This document shows positions 1 to 9,850 of a DNA stretch of 64,000 bases, piece after piece. The notes under the pieces were generated by a model. That model was not told where the DNA came from and ran no database searches. It saw only the letters and a list, made by a program, of their open reading frames with translations. Where the stretch lies: contig NW_013657656.1 in NCBI RefSeq assembly GCF_000142905.1, positions 282,991-346,990 on the forward strand, read 5' to 3'. The position numbers and the translations under genes are program-made. Within the stretch, counting starts at the first letter, position 1; each line of letters begins with the position of its first letter. Source of the DNA: Thecamonas trahens ATCC 50062 (lineage: Eukaryota; Protista; Apusomonadida).

Positions 1-69
1 CACACACACACACACACACACACACAACACACACACACACACACACATACACACACACACACACACACC
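1..69. repeat. (CA)n microsatellite, within the PSMA6 intron
   Basis: Near-perfect CA dinucleotide run. Confidence 0.95.
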
Positions 70-133
70 ACCACCACCACCACTGACACCACCACCCTCA
101 TAGTCCTCATGGCTCTCGTAAACCTTGACATAC

Positions 134-188
134 CTGAGTTGGAGAAGATGGAAATGTGCTTGTCCCAGTTGCCTCCGCCGCGCGACAT
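134..188 (-). CDS. PSMA6: Proteasome subunit alpha type-6 (alpha1), first exon; gene continues off the window start
   Basis: ATG at 188 reads MSRGGGNWDKHISIFSNS-G, followed by a GTATGT donor at 133. This matches the PSMA6 N-terminus ([20 protein letters not shown]). Not in the ORF track. Confidence 0.75.
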
Positions 189-301
189 GCTGCAGAGGAA
201 GAGCCGAGTGTGCTGGTCCGCAACTTGGGTCGTCGTGTCGGCTCGGCGGTTCGTCGGCTTTGGCTGTCCAGACTGCTGTGACTGCCCAGACAGACCACCC
301 A

Positions 302-344
<43 letters not shown>

Positions 345-535
345 AGCCATCGCCTCCTCGACTCGCAAAGGAACATCCCATGCGATCGCACAACTCATAA
401 TCATTATCATCGCCGTCATCATGGTCAGGATCGTCTCATCTGTCGCCGACTGCTGTTTCCACACACACAGGTACACCCGTCTCGCGCTCCCTTGCTGCGT
501 CTGCATCTGTAGCCGTCCCTCTCACGGTGGTGCTG

Positions 536-1549
536 ATGGCTGAAGACACACGTCGCATCGAGGGTGGAGAGGCTGATGCACGGCGACGGGCGCTGACGGC
601 TTCGATGCCGGGCGCGTCCGAAGAGGAGGCCAAGGCGGCGATGCGACGGCAGCCGACCATCTCAGTCCGATTCGAGCTGCCGTGGTCGGTGTGGTGCAAC
701 CGATGCGAAGGGCTAGCGGTCAAGGGCTCGCGGGCAACCGCTACCAAGGACCATGTCGGCTTTTACTACACCACGCCGGTCTTCACCTTTACTTTTCCGT
801 GTCCGCTCTGCTTCGACAAAGCAGCGCCGATGGTCCTCGCTACGGATCCGAAGCATCGCGACTTTGCAGTCATTACCGGCGGCCGGCGCAAAGCCGAGCC
901 GACGCGTCCACCTCCACTACCCCGACTCGAGACCGATCCGCACGCTTCGGCCATTGCCTCGCTCGAGGCCCGCTTGCTCGGCGAGCCTGATGCCGAGGCC
1001 GCTGTCCACGACTACGACGCACTCGAGGCCGCGCTCGCCCGCTCGCAGGTGCTTCACCGCGACGCGCTTGGCGGCCCGCTGGCAGCTGCGCGGACCGCCG
1101 CCCGCTCCCGGCGCCATGCCACTGAGGCTGCGCGTCGCGAGGCTGAGGCCCACCTCTGTCCAGCGTCGGTCCGGCTGGCCACGCCGGCGCCGGCCGACGC
1201 CGCCGCAGCGCGTGCCGCCATCCGCCGGCGCATCCTGGCCAAGCGCCGTAGGGACTCGGCCGAGCTCGACAGCGAGCCCATACTCACACCTCCGCCGCCA
1301 CCGTCCAAGAAGCTTGCCTCGCTTCGCTCTGACATGACTGTCCGCAAGCCGTCTGCCCGCTCGGCCGCCTCCGCCGTCGCCTCCGCCAAGTCGCACATCG
1401 GCACCCGTCCTCGCCCGACCCTCTCCATCCGCCGCCATTTGCCACTCGCCTCCAACCTTGTCGAAGAGCCGCCACCCTCCCCCGCGCCACCGCCATCGCG
1501 ACCATCGCCATCGTCACAGCCCACCTCGCAACCTCTTGTCGACTACTGA
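536..1549 (+). CDS. CCDC130: CCDC130/YJU2B (CWC16 family) splicing factor
   Basis: VRFELPWSVWCNRC...VGFYYTTPVFTFTFPCPLC...TDPKHRDFAVITGGRRK matches the CWC16/DUF572 zinc-binding domain. Confidence 0.85.
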   Translation: MAEDTRRIEGGEADARRRALTASMPGASEEEAKAAMRRQPTISVRFELPWSVWCNRCEGLAVKGSRATATKDHVGFYYTTPVFTFTFPCPLCFDKAAPMVLATDPKHRDFAVITGGRRKAEPTRPPPLPRLETDPHASAIASLEARLLGEPDAEAAVHDYDALEAALARSQVLHRDALGGPLAAARTAARSRRHATEAARREAEAHLCPASVRLATPAPADAAAARAAIRRRILAKRRRDSAELDSEPILTPPPPPSKKLASLRSDMTVRKPSARSAASAVASAKSHIGTRPRPTLSIRRHLPLASNLVEEPPPSPAPPPSRPSPSSQPTSQPLVDY

Positions 1550-1720
1550 TAGGGTCACCTTATACGATTGACTGGAGCCGCGCTCAGCCCTCTGCACCGG
1601 CGTCACACCGCAAAGGGGCATCACCACAACACACACACACACACATACACACGCCACGCACAAGCACACACATATACATACATACATACATACATACATA
1701 GCCCCCCACCCCCCCTGGAC

Positions 1721-2226
1721 ATGGCCGCACGCAGCACATTTGCCTCCAAATACAACACAGAGGTAGAAGGTAGGCCGGACAGCCACATGCTAGCCCTCCC
1801 CTCCCCTCCCCTCGCCTCCCCTCCTCCCCGCACCCTTCATCACTCACGCCCTGACCATGCACAGGCTCGGGAGCCAAGGAAAAGAGATCGGTGTATGTGG
1901 CGCCACTGCGGCAGTCGATCACCACCGATGAACTGTACCAGGCCGTGACGGAAGAGACTGGCGCAGTGGTCCTCTCGGTCAAGCTCAATCGCCGGGCTCA
2001 GTCCAAGGCCTTTGCGGGATCGGCGTACGTCGAGTTTGCCAGTCATCGCGATGCACAAGCGCTGGTCAAGTCGAACTGGGTCTACGATGGCGTTGCTCTT
2101 GATCTGGCTCTCCGCTCCAAACACGAAAAGCTCAAGGAGCGCGCACAGGTTGCAAAGTCCAAGCAGCGCGCCAAGGAGACCAAGAAGAAGCGTCGCACTG
2201 CCGATACAGACGCCAACTATATCTAG
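1721..2226 (+). CDS. Small protein with a La-type RRM (exons 1721-1769, 1865-2226)
   Basis: Phase-consistent GT-AG intron 1770-1864. RSVYVAP (RNP2) and KAFAGSAYVEF (RNP1) resemble La RRM1. Basic C-terminal tail. Confidence 0.7.
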
Positions 2227-2771
2227 CATAGCAGAGCTCTGGCTCAGGGCCCAAGCCGCCGCCCACTCACAAGTTGGAGAGTTTCGATTCCGCACATCAC
2301 TCATATCGTGCACCCGGGCTGGCAGGCCTCACCCCATCGGGTCAGGCAACGGCCGGCAAGCCATGAATGAGATTGGAACGGGCGAGGGCCGAGATGGCAC
2401 CAGGTGTCCAGCCGGTGGGCATTCATTCGCTGATGAACGCTCACCCGTCGCACCACAACCCCGAAAAGTGAGTCTTCCTTCCGAGTCGGCGTGCCTCCTC
2501 CTCCCCCCCTCCCCCCTCGGCCTCGCCCTTCCCCTTTCCCCCTCCCGCACACCCAGACCTTCCCACCGCGCTTTCAACATTACATTGCCGCCAGGCACAC
2601 CGTGGGCTCGCACTACGACCTATACACGGGTGCAAGGATGGGCGGGCGCTGGGCGTGCGTGTTTCTCCCCAACGCTCATTTTTTGGACGACGCCAGGCGC
2701 TTCCGGCCGGTAGGTATGGGCTTGACTCGTGACAGTACGACTCACAGCAGGCAGCAAGCCGCAACTACACA

Positions 2772-5009
2772 GTGGCGACGACGGAGATCAGCTTCCCACC
2801 AAAGCCACCGGCCCATGTCAGCCTCGACACGTCGGCCGACTACCTCACACAGCTCGACAAGGTCTGCACCGCGCTCCAGGTCGAGCGCGACGTCGAGTCG
2901 ATGGTGCTTGTGGTGGAGAACACCCGCGAGTACATCACCGACGACCGGTGGAACTCGACGCTTATCCTGGCAGGCAAGAAGTTCGAGCTCTGCGTCCGCC
3001 CGCAGTTTGCGGTGGCCGAAACGCTGTACCAGCTGCAGTCGCCAGATCCCAAGGACAAGAAGAACGCCATCTTTAAGCTCAAGAAGCAGCTTGTGGACCA
3101 GCCGTTTGCAGTTGTCTTTGTCCAGAAAGGCGGCATCGACATCCTCACCAAGATTGTGCTCTCGGCCAAGGGTAATCTCCTCTCGTACGCGCTCGCCGAC
3201 TACCCGCTGGCCATGGACTCGGCCGACTGGGCGACCATGGAGGCGCCGGTGCTGGACAAGGTCATCGAGTCGCTCTCGTCGCCGAACAACAACGTAGTCA
3301 AGCACGCCCTGGCTATCATCACCGGCCTCTGCCGTGGCGTCGATGCCAAGGTAGCGCCCGTCGGCGCCATGATCAACGAACGCTTCCGGGCAAACCTCGA
3401 CGCTGGCCCGCCGTTTACCTGCCTTGTCAAGCACATCAACTCGACAGATCTCAACGTCCAGGTGGAGGCACTCGAGGCCGTCAACGGCATCATCATGCAG
3501 ACCACCGACGAGGCCACGCGCGAGCGCTTCTACGAGGCCATCGACGCCTTTGGCTTCAATGCTGCCCTCAAGTCACAGGTCAACGTCGTCGACCTCCCGG
3601 CGTTCCGTGAGGCCACGGTGGTGTACCAGAACTACCGCCTCGGCGCCTGCCGCAAGCTCCTGCTCTCCAACTTTGAGTCGGACAACGAGGAGCACGACTT
3701 TCTGCTCCTCCGCTACTGGGCGCTCGTGTACCCGGAAGAGGCCATGTCCGAGCTCTCCGACTGGCGCCGGCTCGGCTTCCAGACCACCGATCCGGCCGCA
3801 GAGCTGCGCGCCACAGGAATGCTCGGCATCCACGTCGCCATGCAGCTGTTTGAAAAGGCACCGCAGATCGGCAACACTATTGTAGCCGCACAGGCCAAGC
3901 GCCCTGAGCGCGACTACCCGTTCTCGGCCGCCTGGATATCCATCGTCTCCACCATGATCGATGTCATGTCGCTCAACCGCGAGCGCGTGCCCGGCGAGCC
4001 GGGCACCGTCTTCCTTTGCCTCCTCGACACCGCAGCCCAGCCACCGCAGCCGGCCTCGTCGAGCGACGACGCCGGCTCGGCCATCGGCCTCTTTGAGGGC
4101 GACGCCTTCCTCGAGGTCTTTGCCATCTGTGCCCAGGCCTACGACAAGATGTGGAACGATCTCAACTGCACATACGAGGACTTTAGCAAGGGCAACGCCG
4201 TCATTCTTGCCAAGCTTGCCGAGGTCATCCGTGCAAACCCCGAGTCGCTCTCCTCGCTCCGCCGCGCCGCCTTTCTCATGGCTACAGGCCTCAAGAAGCG
4301 TATCGGCACCGTTGAGGAAGCCTTTGCCGCCATGGGGCTTCGCGAGGCCGAGGCGCCCATCGTCGAGGAGCTCCGCGCCTCGCTCACGGCAGAGATGCTC
4401 GAACTCGTCGCTGCCCAACGCATTGCTGCCATGCAGACACCTACCTTGTTTTCGGCCTACACGCAGGACGGCAAGGCTGTCAAGCGGACCGTCGTCAAGA
4501 TCATGGTCGGCGAGTCAGTCCAGGACATTCGCTTCGGCTCCGCGCCTGACCCGCAGGGCTCGCCTGTCGAGGCCGCCAGCGCCATCACCGTTCTCGAGCC
4601 TATCCTCGTCTCAGACGTCCACACTGTCGCCATCGGCGCCTCGTCGCCTATGGTCATGGCTCTCAAGAAGCCCGACCCGGCCATCACCGACCTCGCCTTT
4701 TCCATCGTCCTCAAGAGCCCCACGCCCTCGGGCGAGATGACCATCGATGCTGTCGCCCGCGACCGCAAGGTCTTTGTCAACTGGACCGACGGCCTCCGCG
4801 CCCTCACCGGCCAGCCGCTTATCTCGCCCGAGGCCTCGGCAGATGCCGCAAAGCTCGCCGAGATGGAGCTCCGCATCCGTATGGTCGAGCTCGACGCCGT
4901 CGACGTGCCGTCTGCAGAACCCGAGCGCCCGCCGCCGCCGCCATTCACATTTGTCGTCGACGACAATGCGGCACTGGCCGCCGCAGGCCTCCGCCGCCCG
5001 GGTCCGTAA
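2772..5009 (+). CDS. ELMO: ELMO/CED-12 family protein (RBD-ARM-ELMO-PH-polyPro); probable upstream exon 2638-2713
   Basis: FVQKGGIDIL ARM region; WRRLGFQTTDP...GMLG...YPF ELMO domain; C-terminal PH domain (FSIV...WTDGLRAL) and PPPPP tail. Confidence 0.85.
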   Translation: MATTEISFPPKPPAHVSLDTSADYLTQLDKVCTALQVERDVESMVLVVENTREYITDDRWNSTLILAGKKFELCVRPQFAVAETLYQLQSPDPKDKKNAIFKLKKQLVDQPFAVVFVQKGGIDILTKIVLSAKGNLLSYALADYPLAMDSADWATMEAPVLDKVIESLSSPNNNVVKHALAIITGLCRGVDAKVAPVGAMINERFRANLDAGPPFTCLVKHINSTDLNVQVEALEAVNGIIMQTTDEATRERFYEAIDAFGFNAALKSQVNVVDLPAFREATVVYQNYRLGACRKLLLSNFESDNEEHDFLLLRYWALVYPEEAMSELSDWRRLGFQTTDPAAELRATGMLGIHVAMQLFEKAPQIGNTIVAAQAKRPERDYPFSAAWISIVSTMIDVMSLNRERVPGEPGTVFLCLLDTAAQPPQPASSSDDAGSAIGLFEGDAFLEVFAICAQAYDKMWNDLNCTYEDFSKGNAVILAKLAEVIRANPESLSSLRRAAFLMATGLKKRIGTVEEAFAAMGLREAEAPIVEELRASLTAEMLELVAAQRIAAMQTPTLFSAYTQDGKAVKRTVVKIMVGESVQDIRFGSAPDPQGSPVEAASAITVLEPILVSDVHTVAIGASSPMVMALKKPDPAITDLAFSIVLKSPTPSGEMTIDAVARDRKVFVNWTDGLRALTGQPLISPEASADAAKLAEMELRIRMVELDAVDVPSAEPERPPPPPFTFVVDDNAALAAAGLRRPGP

Positions 5010-5046
5010 CGCTCCCCATTGCTAAATACACTCCCAGCCCAGCCTT

Positions 5047-6676
5047 CTACTTGGTGCTTCCGACCTGGGCCGGATCTTGTGCACGGTACACAATCTTGGT
5101 CGCGCCCGGAGGCGGGAGCACCCGGACAGAACCGTACCCGCCCATGCCCGGGATGCCGCCAGCTCCGCCCTCATCGTCCGAGTCCGAATCGCTGCCGTTC
5201 CCGCCGACGAGTGAGCTCGAGCCAGATGCCGCCGGTCGGCTGCTGGAGCTCGCCGCAGCACCGGGCTGAACAATGGCCGAGGGCGGCGCCGCGCCTGCCT
5301 GCACACCGGTCCGCCGCGGCTTGGCCCAGTTGATCCGCAGCATGAGGCCTTTCACCTCCACGCCGTCCCAGTAGCGGTCAATGGCAGCGACGGCGTCGGC
5401 CCGCGAGCCGAGCCGGACAAACGCGCACGCATGCTTGGGCTGGATCGAGATGGAGCGGATGCCGCCGCGCGCCCACGCAAAGAGCGCTCTCAGATCCGGC
5501 TCGCCGATGCGGGCGTCTACGACGCCGCCAAAGAACAACGTGGTGGCAGCTGGATCAGCCGGCGGCGCCGGCTTGGGCCGGCTCGGTCCGTGCCCGTGCG
5601 AAACACGCGCCCCGGACCGCCCGCTCCGCGACCCACCCCCGCCGCCGTCGTTGCTCAGGATTTTCTTGGCGTACGGGTCGTCGATACCGTAGTAACGGTT
5701 GCGGAACGACTCGTGTGAAAAGTTGTAGTCGTGCTCGGGAATCTCGTGTCGGAACGGGCACTCATCGCCACGGTTGCACTCGCCTCGGAGGAAAAAGGTG
5801 CACGGCCGGGCACGGTTGCGCTTGTAGCTCATCTTTGATGATGCCATGCTCTGCAGCCGCGACGACGCAACTTCTGCACCCCACTTGATGAGACCCTTCT
5901 CCACCGCCGCCCTGTTTTGTGCCGCCGTGTAGTTGACCATCTTGTCCGAGACCGGGATGAGCTGCGAGGGCAGAGCCAGCGGTCCGCCGCCAGCGGCCGT
6001 CGCTCCCGCCGCCACACCCGACGCACCCTTGGCCGCCTCCTCGGCAAGCACCGCATCACGGACTTGAACCGGCAGATTAAAGGTCAGGTCCATCATACAC
6101 GTCTGACACACGTTCTTCACCTTTGCGCACGTCTGGCAGATGACCGTCGACTTGAACCGAGCCGTTCCTCCTGGCCTCCATCGGAACACCGTGTACGGCT
6201 CGGTGCAGATGTTGCACTCTTTCGAGAACCTCGCCCGTGTCTGTCCGCACCGCACGCTGAGCAGTGAGTATATGCCAATAAGTGTGGGGGGGGGGGGGGG
6301 GGGGGGGCAGATCCGTTCACTGGGTGGCAGATGACCGTCGACTTGAACCGAGCCGTTCCTCCTGGCCTCCATCGGAACACCGTGTACGGCTCGGTGCAGA
6401 TGTTGCACTCTTTCGAGAACCTCGCCCGTGTCTGTCCGCACCGCACGCTGAGCAGTGAGTATATGCCAATAAGTGGGTGGGGGGGGGGGGGGGGGGGGGT
6501 AAGGCTGTGGTCGCCTCGTCGGTCATCCTTGGCGCCCTTCCGCAAGTCGCGCTACCTAGGCGACCACGGGAGAGGGCGACTGCAAGAGAGGCGGACAGCA
6601 GACGTACCATCTTGAGGTATGGGTTGGGTCCCAGGCATACCTCACACAGCACGGGAAAGGTGTCGTCCTCGGCCAT
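5047..6676 (-). CDS. RBM22: Pre-mRNA splicing factor RBM22/SLT11 (exon 1 6676-6608; exon 2 region duplicated)
   Basis: FPVLCEVCLGPNPYLKM; KECNICTEPYTVFRW; KNVCQTCMMDL; CCCH finger CTFFLRGECNRGDECPFRH; C-terminal RRM. Confidence 0.92.
6134..6475. repeat. Direct duplication of about 151 bp (6134-6284 = 6325-6475), each copy followed by poly-G
   Basis: Two copies offset by 191 bp, identical by eye, covering the intron 3' end and the start of RBM22 exon 2. Confidence 0.9.
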
Positions 6677-7114
6677 GGTGTGGGCGGAGAGAGGAGTACT
6701 GCCACCAACCAGTTCAAATGGGAAGTTGTCGCTGTTGCTGTCGCCGAGCCACTTGTTGCCGCCGCCAATGCCGGTGGCGGAGGGACCCACCGACGGCGAT
6801 CACTGGCACAAGCACGAAACTGAGACAATGATCGAACTGTCATCGAACTACGGTAAGCCTGCAATTCATGGCTGTGGGTCATCGTCATCGTTACTTGATC
6901 GACGCGCCAAGTTGGCTACTATTTAACCGCTGCCGTTGCCCATGCCAGTCTCAGCCGACGATGGCCGTTCATGGCCTGCCACCAGCGACATGTCATTTAT
7001 CGTTGGGCAACGATACCTTCCTTACGATACCTTCCTTACAGCAGAGAACACAGCAACGGCTGAGACCACACAAGCCGCAGCTACACACTCCCACACACAC
7101 ACACACACACACAG

Positions 7115-7162
<48 letters not shown>

Positions 7163-7380
7163 CAACAACAACACCCCATACCCATACACACACACACACA
7201 CACCGCACTCGTCTCGTCATCCAGGCAGGGAAGACGCCGGGAATGAGACGAACACTTGCGGGCAGAGCCATACGTGGGGCTTCTTGGCCTTGCCTGTTCC
7301 CCACGAGTCCGTCCCCTGGCCCACGGTGCGAGGCCACGGGCTCCCGACCCATGTCGTCGTATACAGCCTCGCTGCGATGG

Positions 7381-9831
7381 ATGATGGGTATGTCCGAGGT
7401 GATTGTGCTCCTGTTGCTGGCGACATCACTACTGAGTGGGTGCTGTGCTCTCGCCCCCTCGCCGGTTGTCCATGCGGCCGAGCATGGCCTGGCCGATAGC
7501 GATGACGACTACGCGCCTGCTGCCGTCTTCCTCCCCTCGCTCAGCCCGCCCATGACACTCATTGCCTGGGCTTCACGGCATGGCCATGGTGCAGACCTAG
7601 ATCTGCTGTACGTCCTCGCAAGTCTCCCGCCGCCAGAGCCTGTCACAAAGCTCAACACTCCGCCGTCACCGCCGCCGCCACCGCCGCCGCCGCCGCCGCC
7701 AGCAGCGCTCCTCAACATTGATGGCGATGGAGACGCCGCAGACGACGACGACGCCGCTGTGGTACTCGTGGCCGCTCCATCCAACGAAAACGGTGCGCTT
7801 GCCTTTGCGGTGTGGACAAAGCGGACAAACGCCGGCGCAGACTCGGTTCTTCTTCTCGCGTCGTTCGACGGCCGCGGCTGGTCGACGCCGCTCACGCTGC
7901 ATGGGCCAGTTTTCTCGGGATCACTTGCCGCGCCGGCGCTCGCCTGTATCGGCAGGGAGTGTATGGTGGCGTGGCAGGACAAGAATACCATGCTCGACGG
8001 CGAGGACATCGGAAGCGACTGGGACGTCCTTGTCGCCACATCGTCGACCAGTGGCGCGAGTTGGACCCGCGCCTCACGGCTTCGCGACGCTGCCGGCATC
8101 GCCATCGACGACGGCGCCAACTCTGTCGCGCCGGCTCTTGCCGCGACGGCGGCCCACGGCGCACCCACCTTTGTGCTGGCATACTCGGGCCTCCGCCCGG
8201 GCCTCGCCGACGCCTCTCCGGCTGCCAAGGCTGCCGCCGACTACGACGTTGTCGCACTGAGCACAGCATCGTTGGGCCGGTCGTGGACGTCGCCGGTAGC
8301 GGTCAATGATAACGCTGCGTCAGACGACGGCTCGCTTGACCTCGCCATTACTGTGGCTGTCTCGACTGGGGGGCACTGGCTGCTCGCATGGTACGCCACT
8401 GGTTCAAGCTCGTCGGCCTATGGTAACGACGCTGATGTCTTTGTGGCACTCAGTTTGGACGCCGACGCCTCGACCTGGCAGCGCTCAACACCTCTCGCCG
8501 GCCGGCTGGCTTCGCTCGACGCTGACGTCGACGTCGCGCCTTCTGCCGCCTTTATCTCCGAATGCGTCATCGTTGTCACGTGGCAGTCGAACCTCAATCT
8601 CGATGGCACCATCGGCTCCGACTACGACCTGCTGTATGTCACGTCGATCAACTCGGGCGGATCGTGGTCCGAGCCAGCGACCCTCCTCCCTGCAAAAGCT
8701 ATCAGCGACGCGTTGTATGAGGACGACTCTGAGCCGGTCCTTGTCACTGCCACCACCTTGCCGCTGACGGCAATGGTGGCGTTTACAGCCCGCTCGCCGT
8801 CGACCTTTGACCTCGACATTCTGGCCTCGACCCTGTCGCACATCAGCTCGCCGCAGTGCGGCAACGGAGTCATTGAGTGCGGCGAAGAGTGCGAGCCATC
8901 AGCAAGCACCCCGTGCTGCACGCGCGATACCTGCGCTCTTCCGACCGTCCACGACACCACCGTCACCTGCGACGACGGCAACCCGTGCACTCGCGATGAC
9001 ACATGCCAAGGCACGCTCGCGGGGGAATGCATCTCGGGGCCCAACTTTTGCGTCGCCTCGCCGCCGCCTCTGGCGTCGCCACCGCCACCACCTGGTAACC
9101 CGGCGCCCCCGCTCGGCCCACCGCCGCCTGGCCCGCCACCATTGAGTGCGCCACCGGCGCCCCCAGCACCCCCGGCGCCAGACGGCCCCGTTGGCGTCAA
9201 CGGAGGCCCGGCTGCCGCCGCCTCCACGCCGCCGCCGTTTGTTGTCGATCCCAAGACCGGCTGGTTTTACCTCTTCTGGATTATGGTGGTCGGACTTGCT
9301 GCAGCCTGTCTTGTCGGCGCTTGGCTCCTCTGCCGGGCCAAGAAACGGGCACGCGTGTATGCTACATACGGCGAGCAGCCGCACATCAACGTCATCGAGC
9401 CGTCAGGCCACAACCTGCAGGGTCATGTCACTCCGCCACGGCCCGAACACACACCGCAGCCGTCCTCGCCCGAGGCTGCCAAGCTGGCAACGATGGCTTC
9501 CGAGGTAGCGACCCAGCTCTCGCCCGAAATGCCAATCACGCCCGAACAGGTCCTCACCATGATTCGCGAGCACGCTGACATTGCCCACGAGCGCCAGCAG
9601 CTCTCGCTTCGACAGCAGGCGCTTCACATTCAGGCCCAGAAGCTGAAGTCGCTCAAGCAGCGACTGCGAGAGTCCAACGCGGTGCCGTCGGGCGAGTTCA
9701 GCGACGACGACAGCTCGTCGTGCTCTTCGGCTCCGCCCATCCTCCCGCCCTTCCCCATCTCGCCGCAACAGATCCGAGTCGCGCCGCCGCCCACGGTGGT
9801 TGATGGCATCGGCCCGGTTGCGCAGCCGTAG
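7381..9831 (+). CDS. Type I membrane protein: signal peptide, BNR/Asp-box (sialidase-like propeller) repeats, Cys-rich module, Pro-rich stalk, TM, coiled-coil tail
   Basis: Hydrophobic N-terminus (VIVLLLLATSLL); repeated W-x-S...D-x-D-L...S-x-x-G-x-S-W; CGNGVIECGEEC; CDDGNPCTRDDTC; TM WFYLFWIMVVGLAAACLVGAWLL. Confidence 0.7.
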   Translation: MMGMSEVIVLLLLATSLLSGCCALAPSPVVHAAEHGLADSDDDYAPAAVFLPSLSPPMTLIAWASRHGHGADLDLLYVLASLPPPEPVTKLNTPPSPPPPPPPPPPPAALLNIDGDGDAADDDDAAVVLVAAPSNENGALAFAVWTKRTNAGADSVLLLASFDGRGWSTPLTLHGPVFSGSLAAPALACIGRECMVAWQDKNTMLDGEDIGSDWDVLVATSSTSGASWTRASRLRDAAGIAIDDGANSVAPALAATAAHGAPTFVLAYSGLRPGLADASPAAKAAADYDVVALSTASLGRSWTSPVAVNDNAASDDGSLDLAITVAVSTGGHWLLAWYATGSSSSAYGNDADVFVALSLDADASTWQRSTPLAGRLASLDADVDVAPSAAFISECVIVVTWQSNLNLDGTIGSDYDLLYVTSINSGGSWSEPATLLPAKAISDALYEDDSEPVLVTATTLPLTAMVAFTARSPSTFDLDILASTLSHISSPQCGNGVIECGEECEPSASTPCCTRDTCALPTVHDTTVTCDDGNPCTRDDTCQGTLAGECISGPNFCVASPPPLASPPPPPGNPAPPLGPPPPGPPPLSAPPAPPAPPAPDGPVGVNGGPAAAASTPPPFVVDPKTGWFYLFWIMVVGLAAACLVGAWLLCRAKKRARVYATYGEQPHINVIEPSGHNLQGHVTPPRPEHTPQPSSPEAAKLATMASEVATQLSPEMPITPEQVLTMIREHADIAHERQQLSLRQQALHIQAQKLKSLKQRLRESNAVPSGEFSDDDSSSCSSAPPILPPFPISPQQIRVAPPPTVVDGIGPVAQP

Positions 9832-9850
9832 TCCGCCTGTGCGCAGCGCG

